DNA of 64,000 nucleotides from Octopus vulgaris (Eukaryota). The position numbers were made by a program, and so were the translations under genes. The first letter of the stretch is position 1; every line of letters starts with the position of its first letter. The notes below the pieces were generated by a model, which worked only from the letters and a program-made list of their open reading frames with translations, searched no databases and was not told the DNA's origin. This document shows positions 1-12,571 of the stretch, in pieces. The DNA is taken from NCBI GenBank assembly GCA_951406725.2, contig OX597818.1:54250001-54314000 (forward strand). Direction: 5' to 3'.

Positions 1-75
1 ATATATATATATATTGTGTATATATGTGTTATGTATGTGTATGTGTATGTATGTATTATATATTATATATATATA

Positions 76-123
<48 letters not shown>

Positions 124-615
124 TGCGTGTGTGTATGTATGCATATATGTATGTATGCATGTATATGTGTATGTATATATATGTGTGTAAGTGTGTGCAT
201 ATATGTATTTGTAAGTATGTGTGCGCGTATGAGTATGTATGTATGCTTGCACACGTGTATATATGTGTGTGTGTGTATATATATGGATGCGCGTGCGTGT
301 GTGCACGTGTATGGGTACGCATGTATATGTGTATGTGCGTGTATGCGTATACGTGTATGTATGTATGTGTGTGCGTAGATTTGTATATGTATGTGTGAGT
401 GTGTATATATATATATATATATATATACATATATATATAGATGGGTGTGTGTATGCGTATAAATGCATGTAAGTATGGATGTATGGATGTATGTATGTAT
501 GTATACGTATGTATGTGTGTATGTGTGTATGTATATATATATGTGTGTATATATGTTTGTGTATGTATATATATGTGTATGTATGTGTGTGTATATGTAT
601 GTGTGTATGTGTATG

Positions 616-659
<44 letters not shown>

Positions 660-1543
660 TATGTATCTGTATGTAGGAGTATATATGTGTGTGTGTGTAT
701 GTATATGCGGGTATATATATATATATATGTATATTTATTGGTGTATATGTATAGACTAGCCTCCTAAAGTGTAGACACGAATCTGTAGGTACGAGTACGT
801 ATGTGTATATACGTGAACGTATGTAGATGTTTGTATGTATGAATATAACGCGTGCGTACGTGTATGTGTATGAGTGTACGAATGGGTGAATGTACGTGCT
901 AATGAGTGTGCGTGCGGGAATGAGTACTTGCCTTCTAGTAGACAGACAAATGGACATGCAGCCATTGCCAGGATTCTTAGCCCTAGCGATCAAAGATAAC
1001 AAAAGTAATAAATGAAGATAATAAAATTAAAATTAGGGAATGGGCCTGTATTGGATTGTATATATATATATGTATATGTATATTTGTATGTATGTATGTG
1101 TGTATGTGTAGGTATGTATAGGTACACATGTGTATGTGTATGTGTATGTATATATATATGTGTGTATGTATGTATGTGCACACATGTGTATATATATGTA
1201 TGCGTGTATATGTTTATATATATATATGTGTACATAGGTGTATGTGGGTGTATGTATATATAGGTGTAAATATGTGTATATAGGGAACTAGGTGTGTTGT
1301 GTGTGCATGAGTGTATGTGCGTATGAATATATATTTTTATGTGTATATATGTATGTGTGGTCGTGGGTATATATATATATATATATACATGTGTGTATGC
1401 GTGCATGCATGGGAGTGAGTGTATGCATATATACGTGTGTGTATGTGTAGACAGGTATAGGCATGTGCATGTGTATAAATTTGTATATGTGGGCGGGTGT
1501 ATGTATGTGTGTATGTAGATATGTATGTATGTGTGTACATATG

Positions 1544-1594
<51 letters not shown>

Positions 1595-1650
1595 ATATAT
1601 ATGTGTATGTATGTATGTGTGTGTAGATACGTATACATGTGTGTATAGGT
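1..1650. repeat. Degenerate (TA)n/(TG)n/(TATG)n microsatellite field
   Basis: Almost entirely dinucleotide/tetranucleotide repeats; ORFs are YI/VC/HT low-complexity artefacts. Confidence 0.95.
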
Positions 1651-2041
1651 ATAAGTGAGAATCTCCTTATTTACCTATAACTCTATCCCCCCTTTTTTTA
1701 TATATATATTTTTTATATATATATTTTATATATATATTTTTTTATATATATTTTTTATATTTTTTATTTTTTTATTTTTTTATTTTATTTTTTTATTTTT
1801 TATTTTTTTATTTTTTTATTTATCTATTCTTTCATCTAAATTACCACTGACTCCTTGACCACTCCCCCAAGTATGATATTTTGCGCTATGCCTACCCCCA
1901 AAAAGTCCCCCACCACCACTCCTTTAAACCTGCCTAAATGTATAAATGCTAATACAATTCTTGTTAAATAGCTTCCTGAAGATTTCTCTTGAATGAAACA
2001 GTACTAGTCCTGTAGAAGCTCCTTCTATATAATAAATTAAA

Positions 2042-2124
<83 letters not shown>

Positions 2125-2147
2125 ATGTATATATATGTGTGTGTGTG

Positions 2148-2250
2148 TGGCTTTGGTCGGCCCGAGGCTATAGTAGAAGACACTTGCCCAAGGTGCCACG
2201 CAGTGGGACTGAACCCAGAACCATGTGGCTTACCACACAGCCACTCCTGT
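2148..2250 (-). mobile_element. tRNA-derived SINE 5' fragment
   Basis: ggctttggtcggcccgaggctatagtagaagacacttgcccaaggtgccacgcagtgggactgaaccc; family recurs at ~20085, 43255, 45050, 52350, 58290 and 59400. Confidence 0.85.
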
Positions 2251-2336
2251 GTACAGTGTATGTATTTATGTATGTATGTATATATGAAAGATATGTGTGA
2301 GTGAATAAAACAATACATAAAGTTGAACACGCTCGC

Positions 2337-4685
2337 ACACACAAGTACACCCAATATCTTTGACACACACAAGTACACCCAATATCTTTCACACACACAA
2401 GTACACCCAATATCTTTCACACACACAAGTACACCCAATATCTTTCACACACACAAGTACACCCAATATCTTTGACACACACAAGTACACCCAATATCTT
2501 TGACACACACAAGTACACCCAATATCTTTGACACACACAAGTACACCCAATATCTTTCACACACACAAGTACACCCAATATCTTTCACACACACAAGTAC
2601 ACCCAATATCTTTGACACACACAAGTACACCCAATATCTTTGACACACACAAGTACACCCAATATCTTTCACACACACAAGTACACCCAATATCTTTCAC
2701 ACACACAAGTACACCCAATATCTTTCACACACACAAGTACACCCAATATCTTTCACACACACAAGTACACCCAATATCTTTCACACACACAAGTACACCC
2801 AATATCTTTGACACACACAAGTACACCCAATATCTTTCACACACACAAGTACACCCAATATCTTTCACACACACAAGTACACCCAATATCTTTCACACAC
2901 ACAAGTACACCCAATATCTTTGACACACACAAGTACACCCAATATCTTTGACACACACAAGTACACCCAATATCTTTCACACACACAAGTACACCCAATA
3001 TCTTTCACACACACAAGTACACCCAATATCTTTGACACACACAAGTACACCCAATATCTTTCACACACACAAGTACACCCAATATCTTTCACACACACAA
3101 GTACACCCAATATCTTTGACACACACAAGTACACCCAATATCTTTCACACACACAAGTACACCCAATATCTTTCACACACACAAGTACACCCAATATCTT
3201 TCACACACACAAGTACACCCAATATCTTTCACACACACAAGTACACCCAATATCTTTCACACACACAAGTATCACCCAATTTTTCACACACACAAGTACA
3301 CCCAATATCTTTCACACACACAAGTACACCCAATATCTTTCACACACACAAGTACACCCAATATCTTTCACACACACAAGTACACCCAATATCTTTCACA
3401 CACACAAGTACACCCAATATCTTTCACACACACAAGTACACCCAATATCTTTCACACACACAAGTACACCCAATATCTTTCACACACACAAGTACACCCA
3501 ATATCTTTCACACACACAAGTACACCCAATATCTTTCACACACACAAGTACACTTTCACACACAGTCCAATATCTTTCACACACACAAGTACACCCAATA
3601 TCTTTCACACACACAAGTACACCCAATATCTTTCACACACACAAGTACACCCAATATCTTTCACACACACAAGTACACCCAATATCTTTCACACACACAA
3701 GTACACCCAATATCTTTCACACACACAAGTACACCCAATATCTTTCACACACACAAGTACACCCAATATCTTTCACACACACAAGTACACCCAATATCTT
3801 TCACACACACAAGTACACCCAATATCTTTCACACACACAAGTACACCCAATATCTTTCACACACACAAGTACACCCAATATCTTTCACACACACAAGTAC
3901 ACTTTACCAATATCTTTCACACACACAAGTACACCCAATATCTTTCACACACACACCCAGTACACCCAATATCTTTCACACACACAAGTACACCCAATAT
4001 CTTTCACACACACAAGTACACCCAATATCTTTGACACACACAAGTACACCCAATATCTTTGACACACACATGTACACCCAATATCTTTCACACACACAAG
4101 TACACCCAATATCTTTCACACACACAAGGACACCCAATATCTTTCACACACACAAGTACACCCAATATCTTTGACACACACAAGTACACCCAATATCTTT
4201 CACACACACAAGTACACCCAATATCTTTCACACACACAAGTACACCCAATATCTTTCACACACACAAGTACACCTAATATCTTTGACACACACAAGTACA
4301 CCCAATATCTTTGACACAAACAAGTACACCCAATATCTCTGACACACACAAGTACACCCAATATCTTTCACACACACAAGTACACCCAATATCTTTCACA
4401 CACACAAGTACACCCAATATCTTTCACACACACAAGTACACCCAATATCTTTGACACACACAAGTACACCCAATATCTTTGACACACACAAGTACACCCA
4501 ATATCTTTCACACACACAAGTACACCCAATATCTTTCACACACACAAGTACACCCAATATCTTTCACACACACAAGTACACCCAATATCTTTCACACACA
4601 CATGTACACCCAATATCTTTCACACACACAAGTACACCCAATATCTTTCACACACACAAGTACACCCAATATCTTTCACACACAC
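2337..4685 (+). repeat. 28-bp tandem minisatellite, ~84 units (CACACACACAAGTACACCCAATATCTTT, first base C or G)
   Basis: Directly visible head-to-tail units, two variants (TTTC/TTTG), no spacers. Confidence 0.97.
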
Positions 4686-4728
4686 ATACATTGTGCAAGT
4701 GTATGTTTCACTATTTAAATCAAAGATG

Positions 4729-4774
4729 CGGAAGTCAATGGGTGACTCAGCGAGAGCACGTGCTAGTGTACGTG
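4729..4774 (+). promoter_or_regulatory. Candidate TF-site cluster upstream of caspase copy 1 (ETS CGGAAGT, AP-1 TGACTCA, E-box CACGTG, TACGTG); mirrored at ~16616-16662 for copy 2
   Basis: Four consensus motifs within 46 bp, ~520 bp upstream of the ATG; function is inferred only. Confidence 0.4.
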
Positions 4775-5286
4775 ATCCACTTTTCGCCTTCCTCTTCTCC
4801 CCCAAAGCAAATATCGTCTACAACAGGATGTGAATTTGACACTAAATGAATAAAAATTCTTTACAGAAATTACCGAACATTCAGCTACAAGAAATTTACA
4901 GAGTTGAGACCATCATCGAATGATTACCATCTATCTAATTCTTTTACTTTTTTCAGTCATTTTACTGCGGCCCTTTTAGGCGAACCAACCAACCCCAGGA
5001 CTTTTCTGTTTTGTAAGCCTAGTAATTAATCTATCAGTGTCTTTGCCGAATTGCTAATTTACGGAACCTTGTGGACGGAAAACAAGCTTTTTACCAGACA
5101 GCCACTCTTGCGCCTATACTGTCAACTGGTTACTTAAAAAAAAAAAACATTACGTGTTTGAACTTCGAAAAAATATCTCTGTAAGTTATTTTCTTTCAAA
5201 ATTACAGAAAAATTAAACAAATCGTCGTTTTCCGCGGTTTCTTGTTCCGACTTGTTTCTGTTTATTCATACACATTCCGCTCAACC

Positions 5287-5948
5287 ATGGACTACACAGA
5301 TGCACAACGTGTTGAAGGCATATTTTTTAAAGAGAGAAACCCCGATTCACAACCTGAAGATGTTGAAATGGTGTCTGTTGAAGGAAGTAGCGAATCTGTA
5401 AATACCAGATATAACATGGATCGTAACAAAGAAAACCTGGCTTTGATAATCAACAATGAAAGTTTCGACGAATCGACTGGTTTCTCTAACCGACAAGGAT
5501 CCGACAGAGATGCATCAGCAATTAAACACACATTGGAGTCGTTGCATTTTAAGGTAATTAACCGCAAGAATTTATCAGTGAGAGATATGACGCAAAAGTT
5601 TACGGATATATCCACGATGGACCATACGAAGCATAACTGCTTCGTTTGTGAAAGCAATAACAAGATTTATGGCACTGATGGAGAAGTAAATCTTACGAGT
5701 TAGTGCAGATGTTGCTTCCTGATAGATGCCCAGGTTTAATAGGTAAGCCAAAACTATTCTTCGTACAAGCCTGTCGGGGAAGGAAAGAGGACAGCGGTGC
5801 ACCTATGCACGATGCCGGCGATTTTAGAGTGAAATATCAAAATGTCACATCTCACAAAGTACCACTTGGGGCCGACATGCTTCTGGCTTATTCCACTGTC
5901 CCTGGATTTTACTCCTATAGACGTTCTACAACTGGATCTTGGTTCATT
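5287..5948 (+). pseudogene. Caspase-3/7-like copy 1, pseudogene
   Basis: ACCATGG start, MDYTDAQRVEG, QACRG present. An 18-bp deletion at ~5650 removes VILTHG (catalytic His), there is a 1-bp deletion at ~5696 (cttacgag vs cttaacgag), and homology stops after GSWFI at 5948. Confidence 0.93.
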
Positions 5949-5957
5949 TGGTAAACG

Positions 5958-6034
<77 letters not shown>

Positions 6035-6039
6035 TATAT

Positions 6040-6590
6040 CCAACGAAGCTACACGAAGAAGATAGCCTCTGTGCAGCATATAAGCTACTGGGAAAGACTC
6101 AAGAGATTAAAACTCTATTCCTTGGAGCATAGGCGAGAAAGATATGCCATAATATATATCTGGAAGATCCTGGAAGGACTTGTCCCAAACTTTGGCATCG
6201 AGAGTCACACAAATGCCAGAACCGGGCGCCACTGCGTGGTACCAAGGACTCCAAATTTGTCATCAAGATGTAGGACAAGATACTGTGATAGCCTGGGCTT
6301 CAGAGGCCCACAGCTCTTCAATATCCTCCCGAAGAACCTAAGGGACCTGCATGGTGTAGATGCGGATGTCTTTAAAGTAGGACTGGATCTCCTCCTGTCA
6401 GGTGTCCCGGATAAACCAACTTCACGGCAGGAGGTGCAGATGAGGGCAGCTGCATCGAACTCTCTCATGCACCAAATGGCAGTTGCTAAAAAGCATTCGT
6501 GAGGTAAAATCATGTAGCAAACCAAATGGCGGTGCCCCAGCATGGCCACAGCTCATGAGCTGAAACTGGGAAAATCAAAATCAAAATCAT
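6040..6590 (+). mobile_element. CR1/L2-type LINE 3' fragment
   Basis: YWERLKRLKLYSLEHRRERYAIIYIWKILEGLVPN is typical of the C-terminus of CR1-group ORF2; 3' tail ends in (AAAATC)n; related end at ~35665-35825 (-). Confidence 0.8.
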
Positions 6591-6611
6591 ATATATGTAT
6601 ATATATATATA

Positions 6612-6960
6612 CTAGCAGAATTGCCCGGCGTTGCTCGGGGCTGAATTGCTTGAAAGTACTGTTAATGATTGCACTGAATTATGATGATTATTCAGGCAAA
6701 TATTGATATAAGTTTACGGTGGGAGATAAGGACTTAACGATCAAATGTGTGCCATTGCATTGTTTTGGAGGAACCAAATTTCTGATGAGCATTATAGGGG
6801 CACCAACTTTAAGTTTGAGAAAGTGTGGTGGTCGTCCGGGGTGCTCAAAGGAATTGAGTACCTCTATTGGATAGTTGATGAGATCAGAAGGCGTCTTAAC
6901 AATGGTACAAATGGAATCGATGGCAATATCACCATTTTCATCCCCTGGTATTTTGCCTTC
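6612..6960 (-). mobile_element. Helitron 3' end with Pif1-like helicase fragment
   Basis: YPIEVLNSFEHPGRPPHFLKLKVGAPIMLIRNLVPPKQCNGTHLIVK matches the Helitron RepHel helicase motif; terminal hairpin CCCGAGCAACGCCGGG followed by CTAG|T on the minus strand. Confidence 0.85.
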
Positions 6961-7368
6961 GCCAAGTGCAAGGAGGGCGATGCTGGTAATGATCACACTC
7001 GAATAGTGCCTCCTACATGCCACCGGCATGGAGGCCAGATAGCCGCTCTGGCAACAATCACTCTCGGATGGTGCTCTTAATACCCTACTAGCACGGGGGC
7101 TTGAGTGCCAGTAATGCGACGCTGGTAACGATCATGCTTGAATGGTGCATTTTAAGTGTCACTGGCAAGGAAGCCAGTTAGCCGCTCTGTCAATGATCAC
7201 ACTCGTATGGTGCTCTTTGCAACCCGCTAGCATGGACGCCAGTCATCGAATTTGATTTTGATTTTTGATTTTTGAGGAAATCACTACTATTCCCTTCAAA
7301 CTTTGCTTTTGTGACCATTACATTTCAGATAGATTCAGCGCTGAGTTGCTGGATCAGAAATATTGTTA

Positions 7369-7932
7369 TCTGTATATATAAAAGGCATGATGTATGTGTG
7401 TCTGCGTATGTAAATGTAGTTTATGCACATCCACAAATTAGCATGCATGTCGCTCAAATTTTAGGAGGACATTTGTCACGACCCTAGCTGTATTTTCGTC
7501 AAATTATTTTCCCTCAAGGCACCAGTGAATAGGGGTTAAAAATCGATTTTCATCCATAACTTTTACCAATTTTCACGTCGGTGAAATTCGGTGTTTGCTA
7601 ACATGAGTTAAGTCCCCTGCAATGGCGACTATTATACAGAAAAAACAAAGATAAACTATTTCGTTTTTGGATTTAGTTTGCAAGATTCTTTATGTGAGTT
7701 CGTGTTGTCTGAAAGAAACATATATATAGTTTTAATTATACAGAAAACCAAAGATGAACCGCTCTGAAAGAAATGTATATACAGTATACATGTAGTATAT
7801 GTATATATTTAATTTTTCAACAGATTTCGCTCAAATTTGACATCAGTGTTACTTAGTTTGGTTTGAAACAAAGCGCTTGATTAGCTTAATAATCCCAACT
7901 TAATCCGGGGCAGCGCCGGGCAATACTGCTAG
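7369..7932 (+). mobile_element. Non-autonomous Helitron
   Basis: A|TCTGTATATATAAAAG start; GC hairpin (ccggggcagcgccggg) then CTAG|T end; no TSD. Confidence 0.8.
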
Positions 7933-8154
7933 TAGCAAATAATCTGCTCAATACCACAGATCTGTTCGCTAGTTGTTTGACCATAACCAATTTGAGCATG
8001 TCCCTTAGTGGCTGACAATATGTGCATCTCTGATCCTGATTAGGAGTAGTGGAGAGGCACCACAGCTATGTGTTGAAGGGGGATTCTTTGTACTTTGAAT
8101 GAATATAACAAAAAGCAAAGTTTGATGGAAATATTACTATTTTTCGTACTTTCT

Positions 8155-8755
8155 TATTTCTTTACTACCCACAAGGGGCTACACACAGAGGGGACAAACA
8201 AGGACAGATAAACAGATTAAGTCAATTATATCGATCCCAGTGCGTAATGGGTACTTATTTAATCGACCCCGAAAGGATGAAAGGCAAAGTCGACCTCGGT
8301 GGAATTTGAACTCAGAACGTAGCGGCAGACGAAATACCTATTTCTTTACTACCCACAAGGGGCTAATCACAGAGGAGACAAACAAGGACAGATAAATGGA
8401 TCAAGTCGTTTATATCGACCCCAGTGCGTAACGGGTACTTATTTAATCGACCCCGAAAGGATGAAAGGCAAAGTCGACCTCGGCGGAATTTGAACTCAGA
8501 ACGTAGCAGCAGACGAAATACCTATTTCTTTACTACCCACAAGGGGCTAAACACAGAGGGGACAATCAAGGACAGATAAACAGATTAAGTCAATTACATC
8601 GACCCCAGTGCGTAACGGGTACTTATTTAATCGACCCCGAAAGGATGAAAGGCAAAGTCGACCTCGGCGGAATTTGAACTCAGAACGTAGTGGCAGATGA
8701 AATACCGCTAAACATTTCACCCAGCGTGCTAACCTTTCTGCCAGCTCTCCGCCTT
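8155..8755 (-). mobile_element. Tandem trimer of tRNA-derived SINE (184-bp unit)
   Basis: Units start at 8155, 8339 and 8523; only the last carries the full head (...ctgccagctctccgcc). Confidence 0.88.
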
Positions 8756-8976
8756 CATTTTTCAAACTTTCTTGGGGTAAACAAATAAGAATAGTTACTA
8801 CCCAAGGGCAAAAATCGTGTTACATGATTTTTATAGAAACTGAACTCTTTTACAAAAAGGGACATTCATAGTTAAAACTTTTACTTTGATGTTCAAAGCA
8901 CATACATTTTTCTCTTATCAGTGCACATTTTTTTGAAGAATACTGCCAAAATATCATTCACATTACATTTTGGATA

Positions 8977-9690
8977 TAGTATTCTACAGAATAAGGCAAA
9001 GAGCTGGCAGAATTATTACCATGATTCTTTCAGCCTTGATAAAATAAATACCAGTTGAGCATTAGGGGTTAATATAATCGACTTACCTCCACTCCTAAAA
9101 ATTACAAGCCATACACCAAAATTTGAAACCAGTGTAGTATTCTACAGAATAAGGCAAGGAGCTGGCAGATTCATTAACACGATTCTTTTGGCCTTTCAGG
9201 GTTGATAAAATAAGTACCAGTTGAGCATTGGGGGTTAATATAATTGATTTATCCCCATTCCCTAAAATGACAGGCCTTATATCAAAATTTGAAACCAGTG
9301 TAGTATTCTACAGAATAAGGCGGTGAGCTGGCAGAATTGTTAACATGAATCTTTTGGCCTTTCAGGGTTGATAAAATAAGTACCAGTTGAGTATTGGGGG
9401 TTAATATTATCAATTTATCCTCATCCCCCAAAATTACAGGCCATATACCAAAATTTGAAACCAGTGTAGTATTCTACAGAATAAGGCAAAGAGCAGGCAG
9501 AATTGTTAGCATGCCAAGCAATATGGTTAGAGGCATTTCATCCATCTTCACATTCTGCCTTTCTTCATTTTGGATTCAGTAAAATAAGTACCAGTTCAGC
9601 CCTGGGGTTGATATAGTTGACTTACTCCAAACCCCAAAATTGCTAACCTTGTGCCAAAATTTGAAACCAATATGGTATTCTACAGAAATA
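8977..9690 (+). repeat. Four degenerate ~160-bp tandem repeats derived from a SINE
   Basis: Recurrent gtattctacagaataaggc..gagctggcaga..ttgataaaataagtaccagttgagc..aaaatttgaaacca. Confidence 0.75.
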
Positions 9691-9902
9691 TTCATCACAA
9701 GGCAGCATTTTACTAACTTTAACATTATATCTTTTCTTTGAGACTCAACCTAATATTTAGAGTTAACATTCCTTGGACTTCTGTTGTCTTTGTATTTGAA
9801 TTTGTCATTTGCTATTGATTTGCCTGTTATTGCATAGTCACATGGTCCTTCCCCATTCATTCAACTAATACTTTGGAGTATTTAATTCTTGGATTATCTT
9901 AA

Positions 9903-10665
9903 CCCTTTTGATACCAAACCCGGCTGAAATCACCTCTGGTTCTGTGGTACAAATGTCTTGTTTTCATAAGTTGTTTTCCACCAAACATTAGTCACAATTT
10001 CTGTTCCTAACATCAGCTTAATGATAATAAAGTTATTTTATTAAATTCTTTGTTATATTAAAAATTAATTTAAAGAAACCAAGAGCATCTCAACACAAAT
10101 ATAGTAACAAAAGGGTTAACAAATGATCAATTTAACCCTTTCAATATCAACCCGGCTCTGGCTCTGTAGTACAAATGTCTTGTTTTCATAAGTTGTCTTC
10201 CACCAAACCTTAGTCACAATTTATGTTCCAAACATCAGCTTAATGATAATAAAGTTATTTTACAAATTCTTTGTTATATTTAGAATTAATTGAAAGAAAC
10301 ACGCTGTAGAAACACTGCCAGATCAGACTGGAGCCGCCTTCTGGTTTCCCAGATCCCCGGTCGAACTGTCCAACCCATGCTAGCATGGAGAACGGACGTT
10401 AAATGATGATGATGATGATGAAACACAGAGCATCTTAACAAAAATATGGTAACACAAGGGTTAACAAATGATTAATTCAACCCTTTCAATATCAACCCGG
10501 CTCTGGCTCTGTAGTACAAGTTGTTTTCCACCAAACCTTAGTCACAATTTATGTTCCAAACATCAGCTTAATGATAATAAAGTTATTTTACTAAATTCTT
10601 TGTTATATTTAAAATTAATTGAAAGAAACACAGAGCATCTCAAAATAAATATAATAACAAAAGGG
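9903..10665. mobile_element. Three tandem piggyBac-type MITE copies (middle one carries a short retroelement-tail insertion)
   Basis: TTAA-CCCTTT...AAAGGG-TTAA termini at 9903-10115, 10136-10460 and 10481-10665; same family as 41146-41349. Confidence 0.8.
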
Positions 10666-11091
10666 ATTAATTCTTGGATTGCATTAAACTGTTGGATTAT
10701 CTCTTGGAGTATGTTGATCCTTCACCCTTGATTGTGAATCTATATATACTATACCTGATTATCACGTGAAAGCTTGTGGTCCAGTAGATTAGAAAGTTGG
10801 CCTCTTGACCATAACATCATGGGTTCAATTCCTACACTGGGCAGTGTATTGAGTCCTTGAACAAAGTATTTCATTTTACAATGGTCCACTTTACTTACTT
10901 AGCTGAAAATGAGTATCAGCCTAATCATGGTACAGACCTTTTTCCCTTCCAGCTGCCACCTCCTTGATTAGTCAAGTTTGGGTGGGCCAAGGAGATATCT
11001 ATGTCAGATCCCAGGCACCAAAAACAATTAGTAAAACTCAGTACTCACAACCAAGTCACACTTCCTTCCAAGTGATGGTTATATTCTTTTC

Positions 11092-11561
11092 TACATTTGA
11101 CGGATATTTGTCCTCATCTTGTTTGTTGTTAACACAATGTTTCGGCTGATATACCCTCCAGTCTTCATCAGGTGTCTTGGGGAAATTTCAAACCTGGGTT
11201 CTCATTCCTAAGATATTTTTCGATATTATTATTATTATTATTATTATTCAGGTCACTACCTGGAATCAAACTCGGAATCTTGGGGTTAGTAGCCTGCGCT
11301 CTTAACCACTACGCCATATGCCCATGGGCATATGGCATAGGGGTTAAGAGCGCGGGCTACTAACCCCAAGATTCCGAGTTTGATTCCAGGCAGTGACCTG
11401 AATAATAATAATAATAATAACAATAACATCAGCAAATACCTTAGGAATGAGAACCCAGGTTTGAAATTTCCCCCAAGACTCCTGATGAAGACTGGAGGGT
11501 ATATCAGCCGAAACATTGTGTTAACAACAAACAAGATGAGGACAAATATCCGTCAAATGTA
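11092..11561. repeat. ~470-bp near-perfect spacerless palindrome
   Basis: Arms mirror around GCCCATGGGC (11320-11329); each arm has a tRNA-like SINE head and a CTGATGA...GAAAC motif. Confidence 0.9.
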
Positions 11562-12196
11562 AATAATGTAAATAATTCCTCATCTCTTAAATATAGAACT
11601 GTATATTCTTTTCTTCTTTGTTTTTGCTGTCAGACATGGCTGTGGGGATAAATTTGCTTCCCAACCATGTCGTCTTGGTTTCAGTCCCACTGCACAGCTC
11701 CTTGGGCAAATGTCCTCCACTATAGTCCCACAACAACCAAAGCATTGTGAGTGGATTTGGATAAATGGAAACTGAATGAAACTTCCCAGACTGGGCGTTG
11801 TAAGTGTTTATTGAGCAAAAACACCTAAATGCTCCACAAGGCTCTGGCAGGGGGTGGTGGTGATCCCTGCTGTACTCTTTCACCACAACTTTCTCTCACG
11901 CGTCTTTCTTCTGTTGACCTGCTCGCTCAGCCAGCGGGGTGGCGTCATTTGAAGGCTAAAACAATGTGAAGCGCATTGTGACCAGCGATGTGTAGCAACA
12001 TCTAATAGCCTGGTTGGTCACGGTGATATATATATATATTTCTTTATTGCCCACAGGAGGCTAAACATAGAGGGGACAAACAAGGACAGACAAAGGGATG
12101 GCGGAATTTGAACTCAGAACGTAACGACAGACAAAATACCGCTAAGCATTACACCCGGTGCACTAACGTGTCTGCCAGCTCGCCTATATATATATA

Positions 12197-12571
12197 CTAG
12201 CAGTATCACCCGGCGTTGCTTTAGAATTGGAATTTTTGAAAAGTAAAAAAATTTGCATTATGTAGCTTGTTATTCTCTTTAAGTGAACATTTTTCTGGTT
12301 GAAATACACCGAAAAATGGCGACACAGCAGTCAAAAAATCGTAAAAAAATAGGGATTTTCATAGAAAAAAAGCACCTTTTTGATGTAAATAATTTTTGGT
12401 GTTAACATGGTCCGATTTGAATTTTTTTCTTCTACGGAAGGAAGAGCAAGCCTTCTTCTGTCATACTCTCAATTTTGGTCAACTTGCGCCGCAGGGTCTC
12501 GGAGGAGATAGTGTTAGTTGAAGGCTACCAAACCTGCCACACACAGACAACTTCAGCTTTATATATATAGA
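12197..12571 (-). mobile_element. Non-autonomous Helitron
   Basis: Minus strand begins A|TCTATATATATAAAG and ends agcaacgccgggtgatactgCTAG|T. Confidence 0.8.

Larger units (their letters stand above)
2045..5948 (+). repeat. Left arm of inverted segmental duplication (partner 15419-20276)
   Basis: Order (TA)n-(GT)n-SINE fragment-28 bp satellite-5' flank-caspase is the reverse complement of 15419-20276; flank 4686-5290 is near-identical to the reverse complement of 16096-16705. Confidence 0.92.

Noticed and set aside
2337-4685. 28-bp repeats as a CRISPR array, or the 380-408 aa repetitive ORFs as proteins
   Set aside because: No unique spacers and no cas genes in a eukaryotic context; the ORFs are open only because the unit lacks stop codons on that strand.
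5951-6502. Spliced or read-through fusion of caspase copy 1 to the LINE ORF
   Set aside because: An upstream frameshift and loss of the catalytic His precede it, and a long (TA)n separates the two; no support from sequence alone.
11328-11400. tRNA gene
   Set aside because: A/B-box-like head without a convincing cloverleaf and embedded in a repeat; treated as SINE-derived, like the other tRNA-like heads in the window.
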